Shown one piece after another: positions 1 through 8,303 of a DNA stretch of 55,703 bases. Origin of the DNA: Candidatus Nanopelagicaceae bacterium (GTDB taxonomy: Bacteria > Actinomycetota > Actinomycetes > Nanopelagicales > Nanopelagicaceae); assembly GCA_947454425.1 (NCBI GenBank), contig CANGJV010000001.1, positions 1 to 55,703 on the forward strand, in the 5' to 3' direction. A model generated the notes under the pieces. It was not told where the DNA came from. It did not search any database and was given only the letters and a program-made list of their open reading frames with translations. Both the position numbers and the translations under genes were made by a program. Each line of letters starts with the position of its first letter. Positions within the stretch are counted from its first letter, which is position 1.

Positions 1-1
1 G

Positions 2-1105
2 CACCCTGAAATCGAAATTGTTATCAAGAAGGGCGATTTGGATCAGCACCACAGCGGTTTGAAGAACGCCCTCTATTCAAATGTGCAGCCTGATATCGCT
101 GCCGTCGAACTTTCTTATATGGGTGAATTTAGAAATTACTCTAAATACCTCACCGACCTCAACACTCTTACACCTAGCGCCTCGACCGTAAAGGAAGACT
201 TCCTCCCTTGGCGTTGGGATCAAATGAAGGCACCAACCGGCGAACAACTTGGTATTCCAACTGACGTTGGAGGATTAGCAGTTGCTTATCGTGTCGATTT
301 ATTTAAGAAGGCAGGTCTTCCAACAGATCGCGAGAAAGTTTCTGCACTTTGGCCTACTTGGGAGAAGTACATTGAAGTTGGAAAGCAATATAAAGCTAAG
401 ACTAAATCAAACTTTGTAGATACAACTGGCGCAATCTTTGGCGCAGTACTAAACCAAGGAACCGAAAAGTATGTATCGGCAGATGGTCGTCCAATTTACG
501 ATACCAACCCAACTGTTCAGCGAGCATTTACAACTACTGCAAATGCTTCTAATGCAAAGATCGGTTCACTTATTCCTCAGTATTCACCTGACTGGGGTGT
601 TGGAATGAACAAGGGAAGTTTTGCAACAATTCTTGCACCAGCTTGGATGCTTACATACATCAAGCAATATGCACCAAAGACTAAGGGTCTCTGGGATGTC
701 GCGTCAGTGCCTGGCAAGGGTGGAAATATGGGTGGAAGCGCGCTCACAATCCCTAAGAAGGCAGTGCACGTAAAGGAAGCTTGGGACTTCATTCAGTGGT
801 ACTTGGCACCAGAGCAGCAGACAAAGTTGTTCTTAGATCCAAAGAACGGCGCATTCCCAACAACAATCTCTGCTTACACAAATCCGAAGGTACTTGGATA
901 TAAGGATCCATTCTTTAACAATGCCCCAATCGGAGCGATTTATTCTCAGAGCGCGACATCACTCAAGCCAATCGCACTTGGAAATAAAGACCGCACAATT
1001 GATAACACATTTGGTCAAGCTCTTTCACGCGTCTTGCTTGGAAAGCAATCATCATCTGCAGCATGGGGTCAGGCACTCTCTGACATCAAGCGAGCAGTCG
1101 GTTAA
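2..1105 (+). CDS. Sugar ABC transporter substrate-binding protein (CebE/cellobiose-like), 5' truncated by the window edge
   Basis: The frame is open from position 2. SBP_bac_1-like motifs (GIPTDVGGLAVAYRVDLF, GNMGGSALTIP). Followed by two permeases, a GH1 and a LacI. Confidence 0.85.
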   Translation, partial: HPEIEIVIKKGDLDQHHSGLKNALYSNVQPDIAAVELSYMGEFRNYSKYLTDLNTLTPSASTVKEDFLPWRWDQMKAPTGEQLGIPTDVGGLAVAYRVDLFKKAGLPTDREKVSALWPTWEKYIEVGKQYKAKTKSNFVDTTGAIFGAVLNQGTEKYVSADGRPIYDTNPTVQRAFTTTANASNAKIGSLIPQYSPDWGVGMNKGSFATILAPAWMLTYIKQYAPKTKGLWDVASVPGKGGNMGGSALTIPKKAVHVKEAWDFIQWYLAPEQQTKLFLDPKNGAFPTTISAYTNPKVLGYKDPFFNNAPIGAIYSQSATSLKPIALGNKDRTIDNTFGQALSRVLLGKQSSSAAWGQALSDIKRAVG

Positions 1106-1147
1106 TAACCACATTGTGGCAATCAATCGAATTGAGATGAGTATTTA

Positions 1148-2086
1148 ATGTCCTTACTTCAGCGAGCCCGGATGATGCCAAACCGTAAGGCTGCCGGCAT
1201 CCACGCTCATGATAAATGGGGCTTTTTATACATCACTCCATTCTTTACAATCTTTCTGCTCTTTGGATTGTTGCCGATCTTATTCACCGTCTATTTAGCT
1301 TTTTTTCACTGGGAGCTTCTCAGTGATTCAAACTATTACGTTGGGTTTCAGAATTTCAGCGAGCTTCTTAAGGATCCGTATTTTTGGATAGCGGTAAGAA
1401 ATACATTTAGTATCTTCTTTCTCTCTTTCATTCCTCAGACGCTTATTGCTTTAGCGCTTGCAGTTGTATTAGCGAATCCACATCTTAAGTTTGCAACCTT
1501 CTGGCGAACAATGCTTTTGATTCCATGGATTACCTCAGTACTTGCAGTCGGTATTGTCTTTAGCCAACTCTTTGGCCGCGAGTTCGGAATGATCAACGTT
1601 GCTATGCAATACATCGGTCTTCCGCACGTCGACTGGGTAGGTGGAACGGTCCCAAGCCAAATGGCAATCGCTACGATGATTAACTGGCGATGGATTGGGT
1701 ATAACGCTTTAATTTATCTCGCTGCAATTCTTGCGATTCCAAAAGAGTTAAATGAATCTGCCGAGATTGATGGCGCTTCAAAGTGGCAGATATTTATATA
1801 TGTCACGATTCCGCAGCTTCGCAACACATTAACCTTTATGTTGGTAGTTGGAACAATTGGTGGGCTTCAGACATTCCTCGAGCCATTGATTTATGGTGGA
1901 GCAACCGGTGGAGATAGTCGCCAATTCTCTACTCTCACCCTTTATCTCTTCGAACAAGCATTTATCAATGGACGGTTTGGGTATGCAGCAGCAATTGGCA
2001 TAGCTATAACAATCATCGTCATCATCATCTCTTTCATTAACTTCATCGGTACGCGAAAAATTGCGGGCGAGGAAGGTAAGAAATGA
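1148..2086 (+). CDS. Carbohydrate ABC permease (CebF/MalF-like)
   Basis: Multiple TM segments; EAA loop ESAEIDGASKWQ. Confidence 0.9.
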   Translation: MSLLQRARMMPNRKAAGIHAHDKWGFLYITPFFTIFLLFGLLPILFTVYLAFFHWELLSDSNYYVGFQNFSELLKDPYFWIAVRNTFSIFFLSFIPQTLIALALAVVLANPHLKFATFWRTMLLIPWITSVLAVGIVFSQLFGREFGMINVAMQYIGLPHVDWVGGTVPSQMAIATMINWRWIGYNALIYLAAILAIPKELNESAEIDGASKWQIFIYVTIPQLRNTLTFMLVVGTIGGLQTFLEPLIYGGATGGDSRQFSTLTLYLFEQAFINGRFGYAAAIGIAITIIVIIISFINFIGTRKIAGEEGKK

Positions 2087-2949
2087 CCCAACTCCTCGTC
2101 GAAGAATTGCCACAACGCGCGAAAAAGCGTAGAAAAGTATCTCCGTTTACGTACGTTTTCTTGAGCATCTTTACATTTATCTCAATCTTCCCGCTCTACT
2201 GGCTCTTTGTCGTTGCCTCTAACTCAAATGAAGAGATTGCAAAGATTCCGCCTTCAGTTGTTCCAGGATCACGCTTCTTAGTTCAGCTCCGCGCACTCTA
2301 TGAGGCAGTTCCATTTAACTGGGCGCTCTTTAATACGATTGCAATCGGTGTAGTTATTGCGCTCTCGCAGGTCTTCTTTAGCGCACTTGCCGGATTCGCC
2401 TTGGCGAAGATGAAATTTAAAGGCAAGAAATCTTTTATGATCTTCATTATTTCGACGATGATGTTGCCGAGCCAGCTTGGTGTCATCGTTCTCTACTTGA
2501 TTATGGCCAACTATCTCAACTGGGTAGATGACTTTAAGGCTCTCGTTGTACCAGCACTTGTTACGGCATTTGGTGTTTTCTGGATGAGACAGACAATAGA
2601 TACCCAGATACCTAACGAAATCTTGGAAGCTGCAAAACTCGATGGTGCTCCGATTTTTAGAATCTTCAGAAGTATCGTTTTTCCAGTCATTAAGCCAAGT
2701 GCTTTCGTCTTGGGGCTCTTCTCATTCCTTTACACCTGGAACGACTATCTCTTCCCGTCTCTGGTACTCAATAGCCCTAAGCGATTTACGGTTCAGATTG
2801 CTATTCGCCAGCTCAATGGTTCTTATACCCAGGATTATGCGCTGATTATGTGCGGTGCCTTTATGGCAACTTTGCCGCTCTTAATTCTCTTTGTCTTTGT
2901 TGGAAAACGTCTGGTTAGCGGAGTCATGGATGGAGCGGTTAAAGGATGA
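2083..2949 (+). CDS. Carbohydrate ABC permease (CebG/MalG-like)
   Basis: EAA loop EAAKLDGA; WNDYLFP motif; overlaps the previous gene. Confidence 0.9.
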   Translation: MTQLLVEELPQRAKKRRKVSPFTYVFLSIFTFISIFPLYWLFVVASNSNEEIAKIPPSVVPGSRFLVQLRALYEAVPFNWALFNTIAIGVVIALSQVFFSALAGFALAKMKFKGKKSFMIFIISTMMLPSQLGVIVLYLIMANYLNWVDDFKALVVPALVTAFGVFWMRQTIDTQIPNEILEAAKLDGAPIFRIFRSIVFPVIKPSAFVLGLFSFLYTWNDYLFPSLVLNSPKRFTVQIAIRQLNGSYTQDYALIMCGAFMATLPLLILFVFVGKRLVSGVMDGAVKG

Positions 2950-4319
2950 GTAATAAGTATCCAAAAGATTTTCTATGGGGAACTGCCACATCTAGTTACC
3001 AAATTGAAGGCGCTTTTGATGTAGATGGAAGAAGCGAAAGTATTTGGGATCGCTTTGCCAAGACTCCCGGAAAAGTGATGAACGGTGATACTGGCGACAT
3101 TGCTGCAGATCACTTTAACCGCTTTAAAGAAGATGTCGCCATTATGCGCGAACTCGGAATTGATGGTTATAGATTCTCATTGGCATGGCCACGTCTTCTG
3201 CCAAATGGAACCGGGAAAATCGAACCACGCGGCTTTGATTTCTACAATCGACTCATTGATGAGCTGCTAGAAAATGGCATAGAACCCCTTATTACCGCCT
3301 ATCACTGGGATCTTCCACAGGTACTTCAGGATCAAGGTGGATGGGCTAATCGAAATATTGTTGATCAATTTGAAAATTACTCACATCATATTGCGACCGC
3401 ATTTGGTGATCGAGTAAAGGATTGGATCACCATCAACGAGCCATGGTGTGTTTCTTGGCTTGGATATATGAGCGGAATTCACGCACCTGGTGTTAAGAAT
3501 CGAAAAGAGGCGGTTGCAGCTGCCCATCACACCGCAATGGCACATGCGGCATCTTCACGAGTTATTAAAGAATTAGTTCCAAACTCCAAAGTTGGCATCA
3601 CCTTAAATATGACCAACGTTCGTGTATTGGGCGAAGCAAATGCAGATACTGCCAAGGTAGAACGTCTGATGGACGCTAATCTCAATCGTTGGTGGATTGA
3701 TGCATATCTGACTGGAAACTATCCGGCCGAGCTCATTGAATATTATGGCGATTTAGTCGATGGAGTAATCCTTCCAGGTGACTCTGAATTGTTGCTTGCA
3801 AAGCCAGACTTCATGGGAATCAACTATTACAGCGATGCATTTATTGGCAATGCTCAACCCGGCGATAAGCCGCTCAGTGATGGCGGACCATACCCATTTG
3901 ATCTCACTGTTAATCAAGCACCACCTGCAAATACAAGCGTTACAGATTTTGGTTGGCCGATTACACCTCTTGGTTTAGCAGATCTTCTTGTACGTGTTCA
4001 TCATGATTGGCCAGAGATTCCTAGTTTATGTATCACCGAAAATGGTGCAGCATTTAATGATGGACCAGATGAAAATGGCGAAGTCAATGATGATCGACGA
4101 GTGCAGTACCTCAAGAGCCATCTCGATGCGATTGAGGTTGCTCTCGCTAAAGGCGTTCCGCTAACCGGATACTTTGCCTGGTCATTACTTGATAATTTCG
4201 AGTGGGCAGAGGGATATGACAAGCGCTTTGGTTTGGTTCACGTAGATTTTGAAACCCAAAAACGCACTATGAAAAAGAGTGCCTACGTATTCAGAGATCA
4301 CATTCAGCTTAATTCGTAA
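2946..4319 (+). CDS. GH1 beta-glucosidase
   Basis: FLWGTATSSYQIEG signature, TINEP acid/base, ITENG nucleophile, WSLLDNFEW. Confidence 0.95.
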   Translation: MSNKYPKDFLWGTATSSYQIEGAFDVDGRSESIWDRFAKTPGKVMNGDTGDIAADHFNRFKEDVAIMRELGIDGYRFSLAWPRLLPNGTGKIEPRGFDFYNRLIDELLENGIEPLITAYHWDLPQVLQDQGGWANRNIVDQFENYSHHIATAFGDRVKDWITINEPWCVSWLGYMSGIHAPGVKNRKEAVAAAHHTAMAHAASSRVIKELVPNSKVGITLNMTNVRVLGEANADTAKVERLMDANLNRWWIDAYLTGNYPAELIEYYGDLVDGVILPGDSELLLAKPDFMGINYYSDAFIGNAQPGDKPLSDGGPYPFDLTVNQAPPANTSVTDFGWPITPLGLADLLVRVHHDWPEIPSLCITENGAAFNDGPDENGEVNDDRRVQYLKSHLDAIEVALAKGVPLTGYFAWSLLDNFEWAEGYDKRFGLVHVDFETQKRTMKKSAYVFRDHIQLNS

Positions 4320-4348
4320 TTCTGCTGGAATACCCTAAGGAATCTGCC

Positions 4349-5377
4349 GTGACTACTCATTCAAGTTCGACGAAGAATCGTCCGTCGACTTTGGATTTAG
4401 TAGCTAGTTCTGCAGGAGTCAGTCGCGCTACGGTTTCACGAGTTGTAAACGGAAATGAGAACGTTTCGCCTGAGACCAGAGAGTTAGTACAGAAGCATTT
4501 GAAACGGCTTGGATATCAACCAAATATTCTCGCGCGAAAACTCGCCGGTGGCAGAGGAAACATGATTGCGCTTGTGCTTGAAGAATCGAGTGAAGAATTC
4601 TTTATCAATCCATTTTGGCGCTCAGTTGTAGAAGGATTTATGCAAGTCTGCCAAGCAAATAAGAGAAATCCGATGCTCTTCTTTCATCAAAAAGATGAAT
4701 CAGATCAAGAGTTAATCAACCTGCTCGTAGAAGCACAAGTTGATGGAATCGCTATCTTTGGATGGCATAGAGATATTCGGGTTCTGGATCAGAAAATCCC
4801 AAAGGATATGGCCGTTGTCTTTGGCGGAAATCAAGGAGCATCTAAGCGATTTTCATTTGTGGGAGTTGATAATTTCAAGGGCGGAAAGTTGGCAACTCAA
4901 CACTTGATTGAAAAGGGTTGCAAAAAGATTCTCCACCTCACTGGAAGTCTTGATGTGCTCTCTGCTCGCGAACGCGTTGATGGCTATAAAGCCGCGCTCT
5001 CAGAGGCTGGCATCAAATTCGATTCGAAGTTGATTATCGAAGGCGACTACACAACTCTGACGGCTCAAAAGCTGATGAAGCAGGTTATCAAGTCGAAAAT
5101 TGATTTTGATGGAGTCTTTGCTGCCAACGATTTAAGTGCAGCAGCAGTAATCGAAGAGCTTCAATCATCAGGTATCAAAGTTCCGTCAGATGTGAAGGTT
5201 ATTGGTTACGACGGCTCAGCAATAGCAGAATCGCATAAGCCCGCAATTAGTACTATCGCCCAGTCCCCGGTTTTATTAGGTCAAAAAGTTGCAGAAAAGT
5301 TGATGCGCAGCCTTGATGGCGAGACTTTTGAAAATGAGGAGATTGAAGTCAAACTAGTTGCCCGAGAGTCTTCTTAA
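4349..5377 (+). CDS. LacI-family transcriptional regulator (CebR-like)
   Basis: N-terminal HTH (VASSAGVSRATVSRVVNG) plus periplasmic-binding-like domain (VPSDVKVIGYD). Confidence 0.92.
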   Translation: MTTHSSSTKNRPSTLDLVASSAGVSRATVSRVVNGNENVSPETRELVQKHLKRLGYQPNILARKLAGGRGNMIALVLEESSEEFFINPFWRSVVEGFMQVCQANKRNPMLFFHQKDESDQELINLLVEAQVDGIAIFGWHRDIRVLDQKIPKDMAVVFGGNQGASKRFSFVGVDNFKGGKLATQHLIEKGCKKILHLTGSLDVLSARERVDGYKAALSEAGIKFDSKLIIEGDYTTLTAQKLMKQVIKSKIDFDGVFAANDLSAAAVIEELQSSGIKVPSDVKVIGYDGSAIAESHKPAISTIAQSPVLLGQKVAEKLMRSLDGETFENEEIEVKLVARESS

Positions 5378-5467
5378 GCCGACTGTTCTAGAGCAAATAT
5401 GGCGTGAACTTTAGGCACGCCAAGTGGATGCAGGGCCGATTCTCTAGTTACTCCCAGCCCTAGCCAG

Positions 5468-5479
5468 TAACCTTTCGCA
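5468..5479 (+). promoter_or_regulatory. Leaderless promoter -10 (TAACCT) 6 nt before the pntA ATG
   Basis: TAnnnT-N6-ATG with no SD; the pattern recurs across the window. Confidence 0.55.
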
Positions 5480-6634
5480 ATGAAGGTAAGCGTCCCGAAA
5501 GAAATTCGTGAGGGTGAAAAGCGCGTGGCGCTTGTCCCAGATGTCATCAGCAAATTAACCAAACTGGGTTACCAAGTTGAGATTGAGAGCGGAGCAGGGG
5601 TTTACTCCCAAGCATCTGACGATCTCTTTACTGCAGCAGGTGCCTCTATCGTTAAGGGCGATGTCCTTAAGAACGCAGATGTGGTTCTATCGGTTCAACC
5701 GCTGACCGCAGCTCAGATGAGTACCCTTAAAAAAGGCGCAATCACAATTTCTTTCTTATCCCCAACAAACTCAGTCGACTCAATCGATGCAGCAGCTAGT
5801 GCTGGCGTAACAGCGTTTTCGCTTGAATTAGTTCCACGCATCTCACGTGCGCAATCAATGGATGCTCTCTCTTCTCAGGCGCTCTGTGCTGGTTACCGTG
5901 CAGCACTTGTTGGCGCAGAACTCTCACCACGTTTCTTCCCACTCTTAATGACAGCAGCAGGAACTGTTACACCGGCGCAAGTTTTGGTACTCGGTGCAGG
6001 TGTCGCTGGACTTCAAGCAATCGCAACTGCGCGACGTCTCGGTGCAGTTGTCTCCGCCTATGACGTACGCCCAGCATCTGCTGACGAAGTTCGCTCGATG
6101 GGTGCAACATTTATTCAACTCGAACTCGAAGCACTTGAAGGTGCTGGTGGCTATGCCCGTGAGATGACAGAGGATCGAGCTGCAAAGCAACGCGAACTTC
6201 TTACTCCCTATATTGCTAAATCACACGTGGTCATCACGACCGCTGCAGTTCCGGGTAGAGCAGCGCCACGTTTGATGACGAAAGATATGGTCGATGCGAT
6301 GGAGCCAGGAACAATCATCGTTGATCTTGCCGCTGAAACCGGTGGAAATGTTGAAGGTTCTAAGCCGGGAGAAATTGTCGAAACCGCTGGCGGAGTTCGA
6401 ATTTGGGGTGGCAAGGATGTGCCGAGCCAACTTCCATTCCATGCATCAAGCCTTTACTCACGAAATGTCGTTAATTTACTTACCTTGATGACTAAGGCTG
6501 CTGCGCCTGCAAAAGATGATCAGCCAGCAACTGAATTAACACTCAATATTGATTTTGAAGATGAAATCATCAATGGCGCCGCTGTTACGCACGCAGGCGC
6601 TCGACGCACACCACAAGTAAAGGCGGCAAATTAA
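5480..6634 (+). CDS. pntA: NAD(P) transhydrogenase alpha subunit part 1
   Basis: RISRAQSMDALSS, GAGVAGLQA, DLAAETGGN motifs. Confidence 0.95.
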   Translation: MKVSVPKEIREGEKRVALVPDVISKLTKLGYQVEIESGAGVYSQASDDLFTAAGASIVKGDVLKNADVVLSVQPLTAAQMSTLKKGAITISFLSPTNSVDSIDAAASAGVTAFSLELVPRISRAQSMDALSSQALCAGYRAALVGAELSPRFFPLLMTAAGTVTPAQVLVLGAGVAGLQAIATARRLGAVVSAYDVRPASADEVRSMGATFIQLELEALEGAGGYAREMTEDRAAKQRELLTPYIAKSHVVITTAAVPGRAAPRLMTKDMVDAMEPGTIIVDLAAETGGNVEGSKPGEIVETAGGVRIWGGKDVPSQLPFHASSLYSRNVVNLLTLMTKAAAPAKDDQPATELTLNIDFEDEIINGAAVTHAGARRTPQVKAAN

Positions 6635-6927
6635 TGGAGCCAATAGCAGTTATCTCAATCTTCGTTCTTGCCGTATTCGTTGGGTTTGAAGTTGTATCAA
6701 AGGTTTCTTCAACGCTTCACACCCCGCTTATGTCAGGTGCCAATGCGATTCACGGCGTCATCTTGGTCGGCGCAATCATCGTCGCAGATCGCGCTGCAAA
6801 TAATCTTGAGCTTGGCCTATCTGTAGCTGCAATTGTCTTAGCAACAATCAACGTTGTGGGTGGATTTGTTGTTACAGATCGCATGCTCGAAATGTTCAAG
6901 CCTAAGAAAGGTGGTGAGCAGAAGTGA
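6634..6927 (+). CDS. NAD(P) transhydrogenase alpha subunit part 2 (membrane)
   Basis: LHTPLMSGANAIHG and NVVGGFVVTDRMLEMF motifs. Confidence 0.95.
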   Translation: MEPIAVISIFVLAVFVGFEVVSKVSSTLHTPLMSGANAIHGVILVGAIIVADRAANNLELGLSVAAIVLATINVVGGFVVTDRMLEMFKPKKGGEQK

Positions 6928-8300
6928 GTAACTTCCTTTACGACCTCATTGGTCTTGGCGCAGGTGTTCTATTTATCTTGGCGCTCAAAGGCCTCTCTCA
7001 CCCAAAGACTGCCCGCCGTGGAAATCTCTTAGGTGCAGCAGGTGCAACTGTTGCAATTCTGATGGTCTTCTTCCATCTCGAAGCGCATAAAAATCTCGGA
7101 TGGATTCTTGGTGCGCTGGTATTTGGTTTAGCAATCGGTATTCCAGCTGCACGTAAGGTGCAGATGACCAATATGCCTCAGCTCGTCGCTCTCTTTAACG
7201 GTGTGGGTGGTGGCGCTGCAGCCCTTGTTGCAATTGTTGAATATCTTAACCTCGGCGCAAAGGCGACAACTGCAGAAGTGATTTTTACAGTATTCACAGT
7301 TGTTGTCGGTTGCGTTTCATTTAGCGGATCCATCATTACATTTCTCAAGTTGCAAGAGCTCATGACCACCCGCCCCGTTGTATTTCCTGGCGGTCGATTT
7401 GTGATCGCCGCGAATTTAGCAGCGGTCTTAGGTGTTTCTGTCTGGGTAGTACAGGCGCTCGGCACCAATCCGCTCCTTATTCTGGCTGGACTATCGCTCC
7501 TCTTTGGTGTGCTCTTCGTCCTCCCAGTCGGTGGCGCAGATGTTCCTATCGTTATCTCACTTCTCAACGCCTTCACCGGCCTCACAGTTGCAGCCAGCGG
7601 TTATGTACTTGATTCAACGCTTCTCATCATCGCTGGAACTTTGGTCGGTGCATCAGGAACCATTTTGACCCGCTTGATGGCTGAGGCGATGGGACGTTCG
7701 CTCTTTGGAACTCTCTTCGGTGCCTTCACCGCAAAACCACAGGCACATGCTGCCGCAGGTGAAGAACGCCCAGTGAAATCAGGATCACCAGAAGATGTTG
7801 CAATCTTGCTTAACTATGCTCGTCGCGTTGTGATTGTTCCTGGTTTTGGTTTAGCAGTTGCACAAGCTCAGCACACTGTGCGTGAAATGGCAGATCTCTT
7901 AATTTCAAAGGGAATCGATGTTGCCTACGGAATCCACCCAGTTGCAGGTCGCATGCCAGGACATATGAATGTTCTTCTGGCAGAGGCGAATGTCCCTTAC
8001 GAACAACTTGCTGAGATGGAAGATGTAAACCCAACCTTTGCACAGACAGATGTTGCAATTGTTATTGGTGCAAACGATGTTGTAAATCCTGCAGCAGAGA
8101 ACACACCTGGTTGCCCAATCTACGGAATGCCTATCCTTAAAGTCTCAGATGCTGCAAATATTATTTTCCTGAAGCGCTCAATGCGTCCAGGATTTGCCGG
8201 TATCGAAAATGAACTTCTCTATGATCCAAAGACAACTCTTCTCTTTGGTGATGCGAAAGCGTCACTAACTAAGGTCGTCAGTGCGCTTAAGGGTTTATAA
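6924..8300 (+). CDS. pntB: NAD(P) transhydrogenase beta subunit
   Basis: GIHPVAGRMPGHMNVLLAEA and GANDVVNPAA motifs. Confidence 0.97.
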   Translation: MSNFLYDLIGLGAGVLFILALKGLSHPKTARRGNLLGAAGATVAILMVFFHLEAHKNLGWILGALVFGLAIGIPAARKVQMTNMPQLVALFNGVGGGAAALVAIVEYLNLGAKATTAEVIFTVFTVVVGCVSFSGSIITFLKLQELMTTRPVVFPGGRFVIAANLAAVLGVSVWVVQALGTNPLLILAGLSLLFGVLFVLPVGGADVPIVISLLNAFTGLTVAASGYVLDSTLLIIAGTLVGASGTILTRLMAEAMGRSLFGTLFGAFTAKPQAHAAAGEERPVKSGSPEDVAILLNYARRVVIVPGFGLAVAQAQHTVREMADLLISKGIDVAYGIHPVAGRMPGHMNVLLAEANVPYEQLAEMEDVNPTFAQTDVAIVIGANDVVNPAAENTPGCPIYGMPILKVSDAANIIFLKRSMRPGFAGIENELLYDPKTTLLFGDAKASLTKVVSALKGL

Positions 8301-8303
8301 GGC

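Noticed and set aside
1310-1323. TGGGAGCTTCTCAG resembling the CebR box TGGGAGCGCTCCCA
   Set aside because: Half match only, inside coding sequence (WELLS); the real operator would lie upstream of the window.
5400-5422. TGGCGTG-N9-CACGCCA as a Rex operator for pnt
   Set aside because: Spacing and right half do not fit TTGTGAA-N4-TTCACAA; it may be just a short hairpin after the LacI gene.
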